A DNA stretch of 63,408 nucleotides, filler included, from Stramenopiles sp. TOSAG23-2 (GCA_900128395.1; 10 parts of 10 records of this genome joined end to end with filler, not necessarily neighbours in it); one strand, 5' to 3'; positions 10,737 through 23,346 are shown, counted from the first letter of the whole stretch. Notes: generated by a model from the sequence alone, not told the origin. Translations and numbers: made by a program.

Positions 10737-13022
10737 ATGGATTTATTTTTAAAAATTGGCAAATTTAGCTTAAAAAAAAAAACAGGCGATAGGGGGGACG
10801 ATAGTAATAATATTGATGGTGTGAGTGATACAAAAAAAACAATAGGATCAACAGAAAATATAAGTAGCAACAACAGAAATTGCAATGATAGAAAAACCAC
10901 GAATAAAGTATCACCAAGAAAGTCTACGTCATCAAAATCATCATTATCCTCCTCTCCAATATCTACCAATAGTAATAATAATAATAATAATAAAGTAAAT
11001 ACAAATAATCTTGCGAAGATGAAAAATAATAAAACAATTACTAAAACGAACATTAATAATAGTGCAAATGATGCTTATATATTAAAGATACAAGAATTAG
11101 AACAACACGTAGAACGGCTGCAAGATCAAATTGGGAGATTATCTACATTATTAGAGGAAGCAATGGAAGAAAAAACGTTTGAAATGGATGAGAAATTTAA
11201 ATTTAAACGACAAGCAAATGAACTGCAAGATAAAGTAGATGAAGTGGAACAACTTTTAAGTATTGAAAAAGATGCACGTCAAAAAGTGAAAGATGAATGT
11301 GCTAAATTACATGATGAAATATTTGTATTACGCAGTAAAACAACATCAGCGGCAGCAGAGAAGCGTCAAGGCCGCACGATTTCATTACCTGGTACACCAG
11401 CAGAAAAACACGGTTATGTCATGAATAATAAATCTCTTACGTATAATCAGAGCGATATCAAAAAAAATAATAAAAATAATAATAATAATAATGTATCATC
11501 AGCTCTATCAAATGGTGCTATGTTTGCAAAACGTTTATGGCTTGGTGCTACAAGTGATACTACTAGTAAAAGAAAAAAAAAGCCAAATGTAGCAAGAAGA
11601 ACGATTTCAGCAGGAGATTTAATTAAAAGAAGCCCGTCACCAATTTCAACAAGAAAATTATCGGCTTCATCATTATCCTTGCCAGGATCTACGCTTGCAT
11701 ATAATGATGAGCAAACTAGTAATAATAATAATAAAAAAAATAATAATAATAATACAAACGATAATGATACAATTGATGATAACGGTGACTTTAAATCAAA
11801 ACAACAGAGTACAGTGGAAGATTTTTCGAACGTAATTCCATTGCTTTCATCTATTGCTATCTTTCGTCATATGAATTTACATGAAAAAGAAGTCATAGTA
11901 CGAACTATGGAAAGAGAAAATTTTAATGCTGGTGAATTTGTTGTACGGCAAGGTGAACTAGGCACTTCATTTTATATTATTTTAAGCGGTTCTTTGGATG
12001 TTATTACACATGATGTAAAACCTGGGAAAACAATTAAAGCGGCAAAATTATCCAATCGTAGCGCAAGATTGGTAGCTAAGCTTACTGCTGGGCAATGGTT
12101 TGGAGAAACCGGTTTGGTGCGCAGTTTGCCAAGAACAGCTAGTGTCTGCGCTGCTACAAATTCATCATGTTTAAAATTAGAACGAAACATTTTTGATGAT
12201 TTATGCCATAATTTTGATGCAACGGTGCTTGAAAATATGAAAGTGTATTCCAATTATCGTGAATCGAATGATTTTGTAGAAGAATTGAGGGATTGGTTAG
12301 GATCCGCTTCAAATAAGAAACAATATATTACAGTTTTGAAGAAATACCCGATGTTAACATTAGATTTAAATTCATCTAGAAAACGGCGAAAATCAGTGGC
12401 AGGTGGCCCTGAACAACTTGATCGTGATTTGAAACGAGAGGCTGGCGTAGTATTAAACAATGAATTATTTTCATTTCATGGAACAAATGAGCCAACGGAA
12501 ATGGTCTTTGGTCGTTTCCATGCGTTATTAAATACATTGGTATTGAAAATGTTGCACAAAAATAATTGTTTTAGTGAACAAAATGTAAAAGCCGTCATCA
12601 CTGATATCATGTTAGCAAGCAATAGGACAATTGCTGGTGGAGATTCTTATGGACAAACAAATTTGTTACTCGGAAATTCAGATTTAGTAGTTTTATCACC
12701 CGAATCAGCGGAAGCCGAGCCTTCTAAAATTGACATTTCTATTGACACTTGTACCGTATCCATCGTGGTGACACAAAAATACAAAGTATCCCATTTTGAT
12801 GATGATATGACAGTGGAATTATGGGCTTTTATACAAACGCAATTAAATGAACAAATTATGTATGATGTGGAAAAAATTATCGAGAAAACAAATGAACAGC
12901 AGAAAAAATTAAGAAAACGTGATAGTAGTAATAAGAAAGATGTTGATGACAAAAATGTTGCTAACATTCTTGAATCCAGAGTAAGTGTAAGAGTTTTAGA
13001 TATTAAAACAATTATGGATTAA
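10737..13022 (+). CDS. Coiled-coil, cyclic-nucleotide-binding domain protein
   Basis: GEFVVRQGELGTSFYIILSG...WFGETGLV...PRTASV cNMP-binding motifs, plus an N-terminal coiled coil. Confidence 0.9.
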   Translation: MDLFLKIGKFSLKKKTGDRGDDSNNIDGVSDTKKTIGSTENISSNNRNCNDRKTTNKVSPRKSTSSKSSLSSSPISTNSNNNNNNKVNTNNLAKMKNNKTITKTNINNSANDAYILKIQELEQHVERLQDQIGRLSTLLEEAMEEKTFEMDEKFKFKRQANELQDKVDEVEQLLSIEKDARQKVKDECAKLHDEIFVLRSKTTSAAAEKRQGRTISLPGTPAEKHGYVMNNKSLTYNQSDIKKNNKNNNNNNVSSALSNGAMFAKRLWLGATSDTTSKRKKKPNVARRTISAGDLIKRSPSPISTRKLSASSLSLPGSTLAYNDEQTSNNNNKKNNNNNTNDNDTIDDNGDFKSKQQSTVEDFSNVIPLLSSIAIFRHMNLHEKEVIVRTMERENFNAGEFVVRQGELGTSFYIILSGSLDVITHDVKPGKTIKAAKLSNRSARLVAKLTAGQWFGETGLVRSLPRTASVCAATNSSCLKLERNIFDDLCHNFDATVLENMKVYSNYRESNDFVEELRDWLGSASNKKQYITVLKKYPMLTLDLNSSRKRRKSVAGGPEQLDRDLKREAGVVLNNELFSFHGTNEPTEMVFGRFHALLNTLVLKMLHKNNCFSEQNVKAVITDIMLASNRTIAGGDSYGQTNLLLGNSDLVVLSPESAEAEPSKIDISIDTCTVSIVVTQKYKVSHFDDDMTVELWAFIQTQLNEQIMYDVEKIIEKTNEQQKKLRKRDSSNKKDVDDKNVANILESRVSVRVLDIKTIMD

Positions 13023-13464
13023 GAAAAACAAAAATATACGAAGTCGTATGACGAGAGAGAGAGTACATGTAAATTAAAGAACCACAATATAAATCTAGAG
13101 AGTGGAGTATCTTTTGTCAAACAAACTTTCTCAACCACAATGCACTTTCTTTGATTGCATTCCTTAACCCACCTTGATAATGCACATTCTTCTTCTCGGC
13201 ATGTCGTTGTCGAGTTGAACAAACATGTTTCTTTTCATATTTTATACCTTCAAAACAATGACATTCTTCTTGTTGAAGTTTTTTCCTATCGTCAAATTGA
13301 ACGCCAAAATCATCTAGTAAAAACAACATATTACTATTTTCATTATTATCAACATTATTCGTTGATGTCTCCAACGAGGATGAATAGGTAATTGAAACAT
13401 GAATCGATAAAAAATTAATATTATTAGTATTATCCTGTATATTATATTTTATTTATCTACAAAG

Positions 13465-14139
13465 CCATATTGGAAAACACATTTTTGTACACGTACGAAA
13501 AGGAAATTCTATTATAACTTAGCAACGGGAGAACGTTCATGGAAAAAACCATTGGCGTATAAACGATTAAGACAAGCGCAAGAAGCTAAAAATTATAAAT
13601 ATGAACGACCAAGACATACTGAAGCACATGGATGGGATAATGATGTTGGAAATTGGAAAGCTCAAACCACACGAGCAAAAACAGATAGAAAAAGGAGGAA
13701 ACGTGGGCATAAACGTAATGCTGCTAGTGTCAAAGCAGAAAGGGAAAAAAAGTTGGAAGATATTTTCGATCGATTGCATCACAAAGATGATGTTAAAGCA
13801 CAAAAAAAAGCTGGAGCGCCTGAAGATGCAGCGGGTGCGGAAAATGAAAATATCGATATCTACCGCGGAAATCAAGTTATGGTTGCGGAAGATGCAGATC
13901 ATCTTCGTGTACGAATTTCTCCAGCATTGATAGAATTCGATAATGAAGATGGTACCTACGATGTAATATATGCTACGGGCAAAAGGGAAAGTGGTGTTGC
14001 ACGCATACGAATCATTGTATCCAACATGCGAGAGACGATCACGGGTTTAATGCCAGAATCAGAAAGTGAACCAGATGAATCTTCTTACGACAACGATGAT
14101 GACGATAGTAGTGATAGCAGTGATTCTGATGATTCGTAG
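13465..14139 (+). CDS. WW-domain protein, 5' exon not resolved
   Basis: The frame upstream of the listed ORF reads PYWKTHFCTRTKRKFYYNLATGERSWKKP (WW signature W..YY..W..P). C-terminal DGTYDVIY is Tudor/SH3-like, followed by an acidic tail. Confidence 0.65.
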   Translation, partial: PYWKTHFCTRTKRKFYYNLATGERSWKKPLAYKRLRQAQEAKNYKYERPRHTEAHGWDNDVGNWKAQTTRAKTDRKRRKRGHKRNAASVKAEREKKLEDIFDRLHHKDDVKAQKKAGAPEDAAGAENENIDIYRGNQVMVAEDADHLRVRISPALIEFDNEDGTYDVIYATGKRESGVARIRIIVSNMRETITGLMPESESEPDESSYDNDDDDSSDSSDSDDS

Positions 14140-15676
14140 GGGGAGGAGAAGAGTGAGAAATTTAAAAAAAAAGCAAAGTATTCTTAAAATTAATCAAACA
14201 AAGCTTTTGTATCATATTATTTATATATATCATAAGATGATCTCGAAAAAACATTTTACACATGGTTGACATCTATATCATTAATATCAATATCATATAT
14301 AGTAAATAATATATTTACTCATACTATGTACTTTGAAGTTTGTACATCTTTTATGATACTTTAAAAAAAGAGTGTTAGCTTTTTCATTCATATATATTAT
14401 ATGACTATTATAGAAGGGTGTGTGCGTATGATAGTTATTTCTATATATGTATATATTCATATACATATGGAATGTATTGTCTAGTTAGGATCCAAATTCG
14501 TAAGATTATCTAAAAAGTGGATCGGACATAAATTCGACAATAGTTAATTTAGCCAGATTTTGACCCGCATGCATACATTGAAAATTACGCATAGGAACAC
14601 GGCTGGCAGTGTTGTATAAACAAAAAACAAGTATCTCATTCCAATAATCTCAGGGTGATAGTTAAAATCAGTAATCTCGCAAAAGATCAAAATTCAGACC
14701 CCTAGGATATCACTATTGTCGTCACGGATTATATTTTTTTGGAAAATCTATTGACAATGACCATATAACCAGAAAAAAAGTCAGTGTAACTATAACTTTA
14801 AATATAATATTCTAACATTTACGATGCTTACCGGGAACCGGTTCGCGAATTCGTTCAGACATGTTATTTATCTTCATTCTTTTTTTCAATTCTAATTTGG
14901 TTTTATGTCAAGTTTTTGTTTTTGTTTGTGTGTGTGTGTTTAAAAAAATGTAGTCATACATGTATGTATGTATGTATATATATATATAGGCATGTACTCA
15001 GACAGCAAACATTTGTTTGCGTGTTTAGCTCACTGTGTACACTGGTTTCTTGGAGGGTCCTCCGCACAAAGGCGGTTCCAAGAACAACAGGTAAGCATCG
15101 CAAATAATTATCAGCAAAGTTTTTTCATCATTGTACATTATATATATATATATACACATGTAGGTTTCTGTATTTCCACTAAAGAAATATAAATGTATCT
15201 GTCTGAAGTTCAAGTAGCAACATAGTTTCTGTTCTGAACAGGTCTGTGAACAAATATATTTCATCATTCAGATAATCATATTTCTTGTATTGTGGTGTAC
15301 AGCGTATGTATATGTGTAAAAGAAAATGCATCAGGGTATCATCATCTAAAAAATTGTCTCAACGTATTAATTAAATAAATAAAAAATACTCGGAAACGAA
15401 GAATTCCTTTTTCTGAAAGATGGTTCATCATATGCATTGTATGTGTATATCTATGTTGTAATATCTATGAAGAAACATATATGTGTAAACTTGTTACTTA
15501 CTGTGTATTTATTTGTATTCATCTTATGTTGTACGTAATGATGATGATGTTGTTGATGGTTGATATTTATTATTATTATTATTACAATATTATCGTTGAA
15601 TTATTATTTGACTGCGACATTTCACTTTATATATTACATTATTAGGCAAAAAGAGGGGGGGGGGAAGAGACTATTA

Positions 15677-16024
15677 CTAACTGATAATACAACAACCACT
15701 TGGCGTTGGCTCCTCTTTCTCTTTTACAATGCTTGGTGGTACGCTTACTGGTCGAATCGAGATGGTTATTGCCGTTGGATGGTCGTCATATTGTTTCACT
15801 TTAAATTCAGCTAAAGACTTTCCATCGACTAACATTTTTCCACCTTCAAACATACGCAATTGATTCATATTCATAACAGGCTCTTTAATCCCTAACTCTG
15901 GTATTTTATCATATAGACCTTTTCGTAATACTTCTACCATGGTTTCCATTTCATATTCTAATACAGTTTCTACCCTATCGTAGTTAGAAAATAGACATCT
16001 TAACGAGACTTTTGTGGACGACAT
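15677..16024 (-). CDS. Membrane-anchored ubiquitin-fold protein (MUB/UBL3-like)
   Basis: 115 aa with ubiquitin-like QLRMFEGGKMLVDGKSL and a C-terminal CaaX prenylation box (CCIIS). Confidence 0.8.
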   Translation of the reverse strand: MSSTKVSLRCLFSNYDRVETVLEYEMETMVEVLRKGLYDKIPELGIKEPVMNMNQLRMFEGGKMLVDGKSLAEFKVKQYDDHPTAITISIRPVSVPPSIVKEKEEPTPSGCCIIS

Positions 16025-16961
16025 TATTAATATTAATTATTTTGTTTAAATAATATGGAAAACAAAAACTATATATGATATTGATGGAAAGCAACGAATA
16101 ATATATATATAAATATATATACAAAGACAGAAATATATATTTTATTTAATGATGCGTGCTACTCTACACCTATAGAGATGTAGACGTGTATATACACAAT
16201 TTGTTATAAATAATATATACAGACGACTATACTGATATATATATATATAGTCTCAGAATGTAAATCGATCATCTAAATAACTAAATTTAAAAAATCTATA
16301 TCTAATAATAACAAAATTAGACGACACATAATAAATTGGATGGTGGATGTGGTTGGATGGGTGTTGATGATGGAATCCGCATCATCATATCATCATGCAT
16401 GATTGACCTTGGAGGGAGTGGCCAATAATTATATGGGGTAATATCACTGTGACCTTGGACTGTTTTGATAATATCATACTATATATGTGCTATTATGCTA
16501 TTATTATTATTATATAGGAAACATACATACTACTATAATACGCAGCCTTGTTGCAAGAAGAAGATCAAATTTAAAAAAATAAATTCAATAAACTATACCC
16601 TGGTATAGTTAGTATACTGGTATATATTAATATATAGATAAAGAGCAAAAAGTAAATCATATACATAATAATAAAATCCAATAACTAGATATACAGAAAA
16701 AATAGAACGTACTTTCTTTACCAAGCTAATTGTTTGAAACATGATGAAACAACANNNNNNNNNNNNNNNNNNNNNNNNNNNNNNNNNNNNNNNNNNNNTT
16801 AATTAATTAANNNNNNNNNNNNNNNNNNNNNNNNNNNNNNNNNNNNNNNNNNNNTAGGTTGCAATTCAATATTTTCTAACAGTTATGTAAATTGCTTACA
16901 TTTTTTCGTATCACATATAAATATGTACATATGTTTACATTAGGAATATATTTTATGGTAT

Positions 16962-18890
16962 TTGACAAATGATTTTGGAATATATTTGCGAAAATATAAA
17001 AATCAATCCTTTACAATTAAAGGTGAATTTACCTTAGATGGTACGAAATTAAGCGTATTAAAATCAAATATAACAAAAAATAATGATAATTCTAAAGAGG
17101 CATTGAAATTACTTGGGAATTTAACTTTTTCACAGGCTAAATTATTAATGAAATTGCGTGAAGTAATTGGAAAGCCATTTGGTAGTTTATGGCAAACAAA
17201 ATGGGATTGTGTACATGCATTGAAAACGTATGTACAACATATGCATGGGCATATGGAAACGAAGGAAGAATGGAGTTTATTTAAAGAAGCGTGGCAAAAC
17301 CTTGTTGATCACGTATATGCTCCACCAGGTGAGATAAAGCAGGGGAAATCCTTAGACAAACGACATTGTAGTATGAATGGCGACGAATCTTCTCCTTTTT
17401 CTAACAATAATACACCACCTTCTTCATTCAATACGTCCGTGTTGAATATTGGTGAAATTTTTGAAAATATCCTTACTTTGATGAGAAAACCAGTTTATGC
17501 TACTTTGTCTTTAAATTCAGTAAGTGCTAAATTAAATTTGAACAAATTTTCAAAAATGCAACGAGATGTAGCATTATTTGCAATACAAAGAAGTTTAGAG
17601 TTAGAAAATAATTCAAGCAAGGAAGGTACATCGACAACTAAAGAGAAAAAAGATGGATCCAATAAGGGTGATGATGATGGTCGTACATCTCCTTCTAGTT
17701 TACGTGCACAAAGACATCAAATTGCAATAAATTTACTTGAAGAATGGTACGACAATCGTGTAGATACGTTAGATTTTATTGGACATTGCATCCGTACGTT
17801 AAAAACTGATGTAGAAGTAAAGCTATCAGGTGGAGCAAATGGCTTGCTTAGTATTCTTTTAAATGATATAAATCTATCTTTGCCAGAAAACGTTTATCTC
17901 ATGATGCGAAAAAAATTGTTAATGCCTAGTGTTGATGGCAACGTATTAAATGTTATTGATAATAAGGATGGAAGTGGTGGTGGAAAATATGTTATTGAAT
18001 ACAATGCCCCACTAGCAGCAATGGATAATGAAGCAAAAAAAGAATTAGGAAATACTAAATCACCTAGGAAAAGTACAATGATGGATGCCAGGCGCAACGA
18101 TAACGATAATAATGATGATGAAGATACTCCGCTAGCACGAGTCTCCACAAATGAAGTGTTTAAAGAATCACCAGATTTTCCTGGTTATATACGTGTGTTA
18201 CTTATATCTATGGAAGAAATCAGAATTAAATTGTGTATGGATCGAAAAGAATTAATTAAAAAATTGTTATTGGAAGAGGAGCAGGCAGAAAAAGAAGGAA
18301 CAGAGAAAACGATGCATAGCAACATGTATGATTTAAGTAATATTACATTTTTACAAGATGTGGATGAACAAGGTGCATATAAAATTAACTGGACACGCCC
18401 AGACAATAGTTTCATGTTTATCGACATACAGAAATTAAATATTTTAGGCTCACCTTCAAGGATTACTCATTATTCCAAAGCGACATTAAAGCCATTAAAA
18501 GAACAGATGAGAGCATTGGCTTTTGAAGATAGAGAAAGATCTAATTCTGATGGGAAATTGAGACGCGCAAGCATGAAAAAGTTGGGACGACGAAGAAATA
18601 GTAGAAAAAACAGCGTTGATTCAACAGATGAGGATGAGGATGAAAATACAACATGGTACAAAAATCTAATACAAAAAATTAGACAATACATGTTATCACC
18701 AGATTTAGAAGTTAATATGTATACACAATTTGAAATTGATAGTGGTGGCAAACGTAGTGGTGTAGTTGAAGATGTTAATGATAATGATGTACATGCAGTT
18801 TTATTACCAACACATGGTAAAATTAAAATGTCATTTTCAATTGAAGAAATAGCAATGGATCTTGGTTTAAAGGAAAGGCAGGAGTTTTAG
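16962..18890 (+). CDS. Uncharacterised protein, 5'-partial
   Basis: 642-codon open frame starting near the contig edge. Confidence 0.75.
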   Translation: MTNDFGIYLRKYKNQSFTIKGEFTLDGTKLSVLKSNITKNNDNSKEALKLLGNLTFSQAKLLMKLREVIGKPFGSLWQTKWDCVHALKTYVQHMHGHMETKEEWSLFKEAWQNLVDHVYAPPGEIKQGKSLDKRHCSMNGDESSPFSNNNTPPSSFNTSVLNIGEIFENILTLMRKPVYATLSLNSVSAKLNLNKFSKMQRDVALFAIQRSLELENNSSKEGTSTTKEKKDGSNKGDDDGRTSPSSLRAQRHQIAINLLEEWYDNRVDTLDFIGHCIRTLKTDVEVKLSGGANGLLSILLNDINLSLPENVYLMMRKKLLMPSVDGNVLNVIDNKDGSGGGKYVIEYNAPLAAMDNEAKKELGNTKSPRKSTMMDARRNDNDNNDDEDTPLARVSTNEVFKESPDFPGYIRVLLISMEEIRIKLCMDRKELIKKLLLEEEQAEKEGTEKTMHSNMYDLSNITFLQDVDEQGAYKINWTRPDNSFMFIDIQKLNILGSPSRITHYSKATLKPLKEQMRALAFEDRERSNSDGKLRRASMKKLGRRRNSRKNSVDSTDEDEDENTTWYKNLIQKIRQYMLSPDLEVNMYTQFEIDSGGKRSGVVEDVNDNDVHAVLLPTHGKIKMSFSIEEIAMDLGLKERQEF

Positions 18891-19345
18891 TTGTTGGTAT
18901 TATATAATTCATGTGTATACTTTGCTGAAAGTGTATATATATAAAATAATAATTCTTTCCGAATTTTTGTATATAGCACTATACTAAAATAATTAAACTG
19001 TCCTATTAGAATCACAGTAATTAATATTATTTTACTGATTTTGTACAATATAGATTAGAGACGTGCAGACTATAGTGCATTACACACATTTTAATTTCGT
19101 TACTAATTATGATAAAACATGTCATTAACTGTAATTATATACTTTAAACTGTATACATTGCAACCATTATAATACATCATACATCTCTCTATATTTAAAA
19201 GTGCATTAAACAAAATACGAAACAAAGATAAAGTGGTAACATTCAACAGGAGCACATTTTCAAAAGATTTACAGCAAGATATGTTTAAAACAGACACTCT
19301 AGGAATGTCCTTTAATTCCTCATGGACATGTATAAAATTAGATAT

Positions 19346-19934
19346 TTACACTTTTTCCTCTGCTTGATGCAATTTTTGTTTATTGAAGCAAGTTGCTTTA
19401 ATAAATGAAAAGTAAGTGATACTCAACATTCCAACTACATATACCATGAACAACGATGCATGGAATATGTATACTGTTGAAAGTCTGTCCCCATTGACCG
19501 GGTTCAATTTTGCGCAAGCAACACCTTCTGGTGACCATCGGTTAAGAGGAACTGTAATCGTACAGATAATATAGCATATTCCTCCGAACAGATGTAAAAC
19601 CCAATTTAAAGGGAACAATAAACTGTCGGAGATATAGCCACCGTATGCCATAGCCACACACAGAAATGTTTCGCAGAAACAAGTCATTGCCATCATTCCT
19701 GTAGAATTCCTGGTGCCCTGGCATGTGGTATCATATGATGTTGCACCCCAAATATCCCAGTACATCTGTGGAGCATAGCGTATGATTGAGTGATGTGTTA
19801 GAGAGGGTATATCTTTTTTAAAGTTTAGGGGAATAAAATTTACTTACCACAAAGAAACCAAAATTTTGTATTGCCATCATGGCACTATGAAAAGCAATTT
19901 TTGGCTTATCTTCTGGTAACGAATTAACTGGCAT
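19346..19934 (-). CDS. Small multi-pass membrane protein, two exons (19934-19848, 19765-19346)
   Basis: GTAAGT...CAG intron at 19847-19766 joins MPVNSLPEDKPKIAFHSAMMAIQNFGFFV in frame to MYWDIWG. About four hydrophobic helices. Confidence 0.85.
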
Positions 19935-20333
19935 GTTTTTTTTAAAGTTTCCTTTTTTAAAAGAGAGTTTTTGAAAATGATTAATGTGATTAAAACTAGA
20001 AGATAAACAGCGTTGTTTACTTGATAATTCTGATATTACTTATTACGATATTAATGTTTATTATTTTATGTATGTATTTAATATATACACCCTTTAAATC
20101 TTCGATAAAATGTCATATATATACCATATACCATATAGATATATATACTCATAGATATTTATACCATCACAATATCACAGGGATATAGACTTTTACTTAT
20201 AATGTTTTGGGTTTAAAATACCATGTACACAGTATTAAAGATAGGCAACAAACACGCGCACGAGGACCACCAAGCCAGACAAAGAACTTTTTGAATTTTT
20301 CCTCATTTGAAGAGTTTAATGCGAAATAAATTG

Positions 20334-21323
20334 TTATTTGTTATTAGAGGCCGTTTCATGCATCAACATCAATTTCTTTTGCTGTTCTATCATTACCATG
20401 TTTTGTTTTACATGTTCTTCTGTTTCTTTTTTCATTACAAAACATAATACTTCTTGTCCAGCTAAATTTGCTTTAGGTATTGCAACACTACGTAACTGAT
20501 CAATGTGATCCTTACTACTATTTACAGAATGGTGAAAAATATAATGATTCTTTTCATGCTTTTCATGAAAATGCAAAAATCTTGGAGAAAGACGAAGACG
20601 ATGATGTTTAAGATTATTTTCGTCTTTTGGATCTAAACGATAGACTTGTCCATCCTTTGCAGAAAATAATGGCTCATAAGTAGGGACTAATATATCTTCT
20701 TTATTTATACCTAATTTTCTACCCCGTTGCAAAGGTGTAGGACCATGTTTTAAATGACGTACTTCTGCCCTTCGGTTTTCAGTTACATGTGCGTGATCCA
20801 AAGTATCTTCTACTTTAAACAATTTAATACCCATGTTGTCCGCTTCTTCCATGTGCCTTTCTCTATCTTTAACCAATGCTTCCCTAGCACCCATCATGGA
20901 AAATCGTTTTACTTTACCTTTTCTTCTACCTCCTCGGCGCTGCCTTCTATTGCCGTTATTTTTAAAACCTTTTACTTTTTTTGTATACAAATATAAACGA
21001 TTCGTTCCTTTCTCAAAATGTGCGTCTGCAGTATTTACTGATCTTGTAGAGGCTTTAGCTCTTAAATTTTTTGCTTGATCTTCTACTCTTTGTATAAATT
21101 TTTGAGATAGCAATGATTGTGCAATCTCAGCGGCATCTATTTCATTTACTGCAAGCTTTTTAATATTAACTAACCAATTTATTATTTCATCTCCAGTTAT
21201 TGTATCACGGTATGCTTTGGTAAATACGCTTCCATTGTTTCTAACTTTATGTACTTTTTCTTCTAATCCTCCATTTTCTGCAGAATTCCTCATGGAACGC
21301 GCTATTGCTAGTGTATCCGTCAT
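20334..21323 (-). CDS. DEP-domain protein
   Basis: YRDTITGDEIINWL...AAEIAQSLLSQKFIQRV...F...LY DEP signature. Likely start MTDTL at 21323. Confidence 0.75.
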   Translation of the reverse strand: MTDTLAIARSMRNSAENGGLEEKVHKVRNNGSVFTKAYRDTITGDEIINWLVNIKKLAVNEIDAAEIAQSLLSQKFIQRVEDQAKNLRAKASTRSVNTADAHFEKGTNRLYLYTKKVKGFKNNGNRRQRRGGRRKGKVKRFSMMGAREALVKDRERHMEEADNMGIKLFKVEDTLDHAHVTENRRAEVRHLKHGPTPLQRGRKLGINKEDILVPTYEPLFSAKDGQVYRLDPKDENNLKHHRLRLSPRFLHFHEKHEKNHYIFHHSVNSSKDHIDQLRSVAIPKANLAGQEVLCFVMKKETEEHVKQNMVMIEQQKKLMLMHETASNNK

Positions 21324-21803
21324 GATTATACGTATATAAATATATGTAACATATAATATAATGCATTTATCCAAGATATCTATATATATGTATGTACATG
21401 GGATAATATTATTTCTATCGTTGTTATGCACTTATTAATATTTTAAAATAAATCATTTTGTTGGGGCATTCCAACTTTCCTGGCTTTGGCATTTTTCAGC
21501 ATCATTATCATTGCCAGGATTGCCAAAAAAAAAAGACTGTGGACAATATTACTTACACTACTATGTACTAGTTTCCTTAATTAACCCCCACACCAGCTCA
21601 CTACCTCGTACAGTACGAGAAATACAATAACACACGCACAGCACAGTACCTGGTAATAAGGTCACAACCGTTATTTTTTATAGATTTAAGATTTATAAAA
21701 ACTATATACATGTGTAGTATCACAAATTATATACATACAAACAATATTAATCAGCGGTGGAAAATAAAAGAAATCAATTTATCTTTAATAATAGCATATT
21801 ATT

Positions 21804-21995
21804 ATGAAAATAATTGATCTACCAAACGATCTATTGAATGTTATATTGACTTATTTATTTGAGGATGCTTTTGCAAATGAAGAGCGCAACGCTTTATTAA
21901 TGCAACAACAGAAGAAGATTCAAGTTAATGTTCCAAATAATACCTACGTTCGTGAAATGTATTCTTTATATTATATGAACGTCATCATACCATAA
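21804..21995 (+). CDS. F-box-like N-terminal fragment, truncated
   Basis: MKIIDLPNDLLNVILTYL matches the F-box LP.E/D...I..YL pattern. It collides with the opposite-strand ORF. Confidence 0.45.
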   Translation: MKIIDLPNDLLNVILTYLFEDAFANEERNALLMQQQKKIQVNVPNNTYVREMYSLYYMNVIIP

Positions 21996-23174
21996 TCGTG
22001 TTGATAATTCATTTTGCGTGGAGTGGTCAGTATCAACTGTCCTAGCGGAACTAACGTCTTTCATTTTTATTCTCATATTTTTCAACGTACGTCGTCTTAA
22101 TGATCTCATATAATTCACTTTTTCTTGCCTTTTCTCATTTAAAAACGTACGAGGATCCAATTTGTTCTTTCTTACCACGAAAGTTACAAATTCGTCCATA
22201 CTAATACCACCATCTAAATCTGCATCGCATGCTAAAGTTATATCACGTATATCATCTTGTGTGAATCCAACGTTTAAACCTACTGGTCCGTCACCAAGCC
22301 AATCGGCAAATTCATCATAGGACAAGTTTCCATCGCCATTTACATCAGCCTGTTTGTAAGTCTCTCTTAATAAAGTTTCTAAGCTTGATTTCACTCTTGG
22401 TAGCAGTTTTTGTTGAATTTTATATTTTAGCTCATTCATGCGTTGTAATGCTTTTTTTCTCAATATCATTTCATCATCTGTCAAAGTAGCTATGGCTTTT
22501 TGTGTAGTAGTCAGGTTCATTAGAGTAGGCAGCGAGTTTGCACTTTTCGATGGTGATCCTAACATTGCACTAGTAGTCGTTATTGCACATTCCTCACTAT
22601 CACGTGGATTTGCTTTGCCTAAATGCTTTACTGCTTCTTCATACACGTGATGTAGCTGATCAAACGATATCTCACCTTTCCTTCCCACATCAACATAGTT
22701 AAATATATCTAAAGCAGATTGTTTTGTTACAAATTTATCAAAGTAATGCTCTTGCAGAACGTTGTAAAAATTGTCAAAGTCAATGGTGTCATGTTCTATC
22801 ATATGGTATACTTGTTTAATCTCCTCATGGTCTCCTTGGTATCGTTCTTCACCATAGGAATGTAATTTTTCAAAAACATCTAATGCAGCTTTTTTAGCAG
22901 AGGTTTCTTTGTCTTTTTCTGCCGCTTTTTGTTGCTGTTCCTCCCATAGTTTATCGGTATTCTTGTTGTGTATTGATTTTATCTTCTTCTGAATTTTTAT
23001 TTCTATAGAACGATCTGTATCAGAGCCAGATATTGCTCTGCTACTGTTTTTATTGCTACGAATACTGTTACTTCTCTTAGTTCTTGAACTTTTCTTAACC
23101 AGACTTCTATTTTTGCCTAATCTAGCTGACTTCTTTACAGGGGAAATAACTGGTGGGGGAACACTGGACGACAT
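21966..23174 (-). CDS. EF-hand calcium-binding protein
   Basis: DVGRKGEISFDQ, DVNGDGNLSYDE and DADLDGGISMDE EF-hand loops. Confidence 0.88.
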   Translation of the reverse strand: MSSSVPPPVISPVKKSARLGKNRSLVKKSSRTKRSNSIRSNKNSSRAISGSDTDRSIEIKIQKKIKSIHNKNTDKLWEEQQQKAAEKDKETSAKKAALDVFEKLHSYGEERYQGDHEEIKQVYHMIEHDTIDFDNFYNVLQEHYFDKFVTKQSALDIFNYVDVGRKGEISFDQLHHVYEEAVKHLGKANPRDSEECAITTTSAMLGSPSKSANSLPTLMNLTTTQKAIATLTDDEMILRKKALQRMNELKYKIQQKLLPRVKSSLETLLRETYKQADVNGDGNLSYDEFADWLGDGPVGLNVGFTQDDIRDITLACDADLDGGISMDEFVTFVVRKNKLDPRTFLNEKRQEKVNYMRSLRRRTLKNMRIKMKDVSSARTVDTDHSTQNELSTRLWYDDVHII

Positions 23175-23346
23175 TGTTATACAGATATCTTTTCTTTTAT
23201 TGTAATAAGAAATATATTAGTTAAGTATCTAATGTATCTTGGATACTACCGTAGTAAATATGACAATCTGTTAACGGATTTCTAGTATATATGGGTGTTC
23301 TAATTAAATATCTACTGTCTATGTAGTTTAAATTTATGTTTATTCA

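Noticed and set aside
13019-13391. Three short overlapping ORFs
   Set aside because: Mutually overlapping with no decisive motif. Could not choose a gene model.
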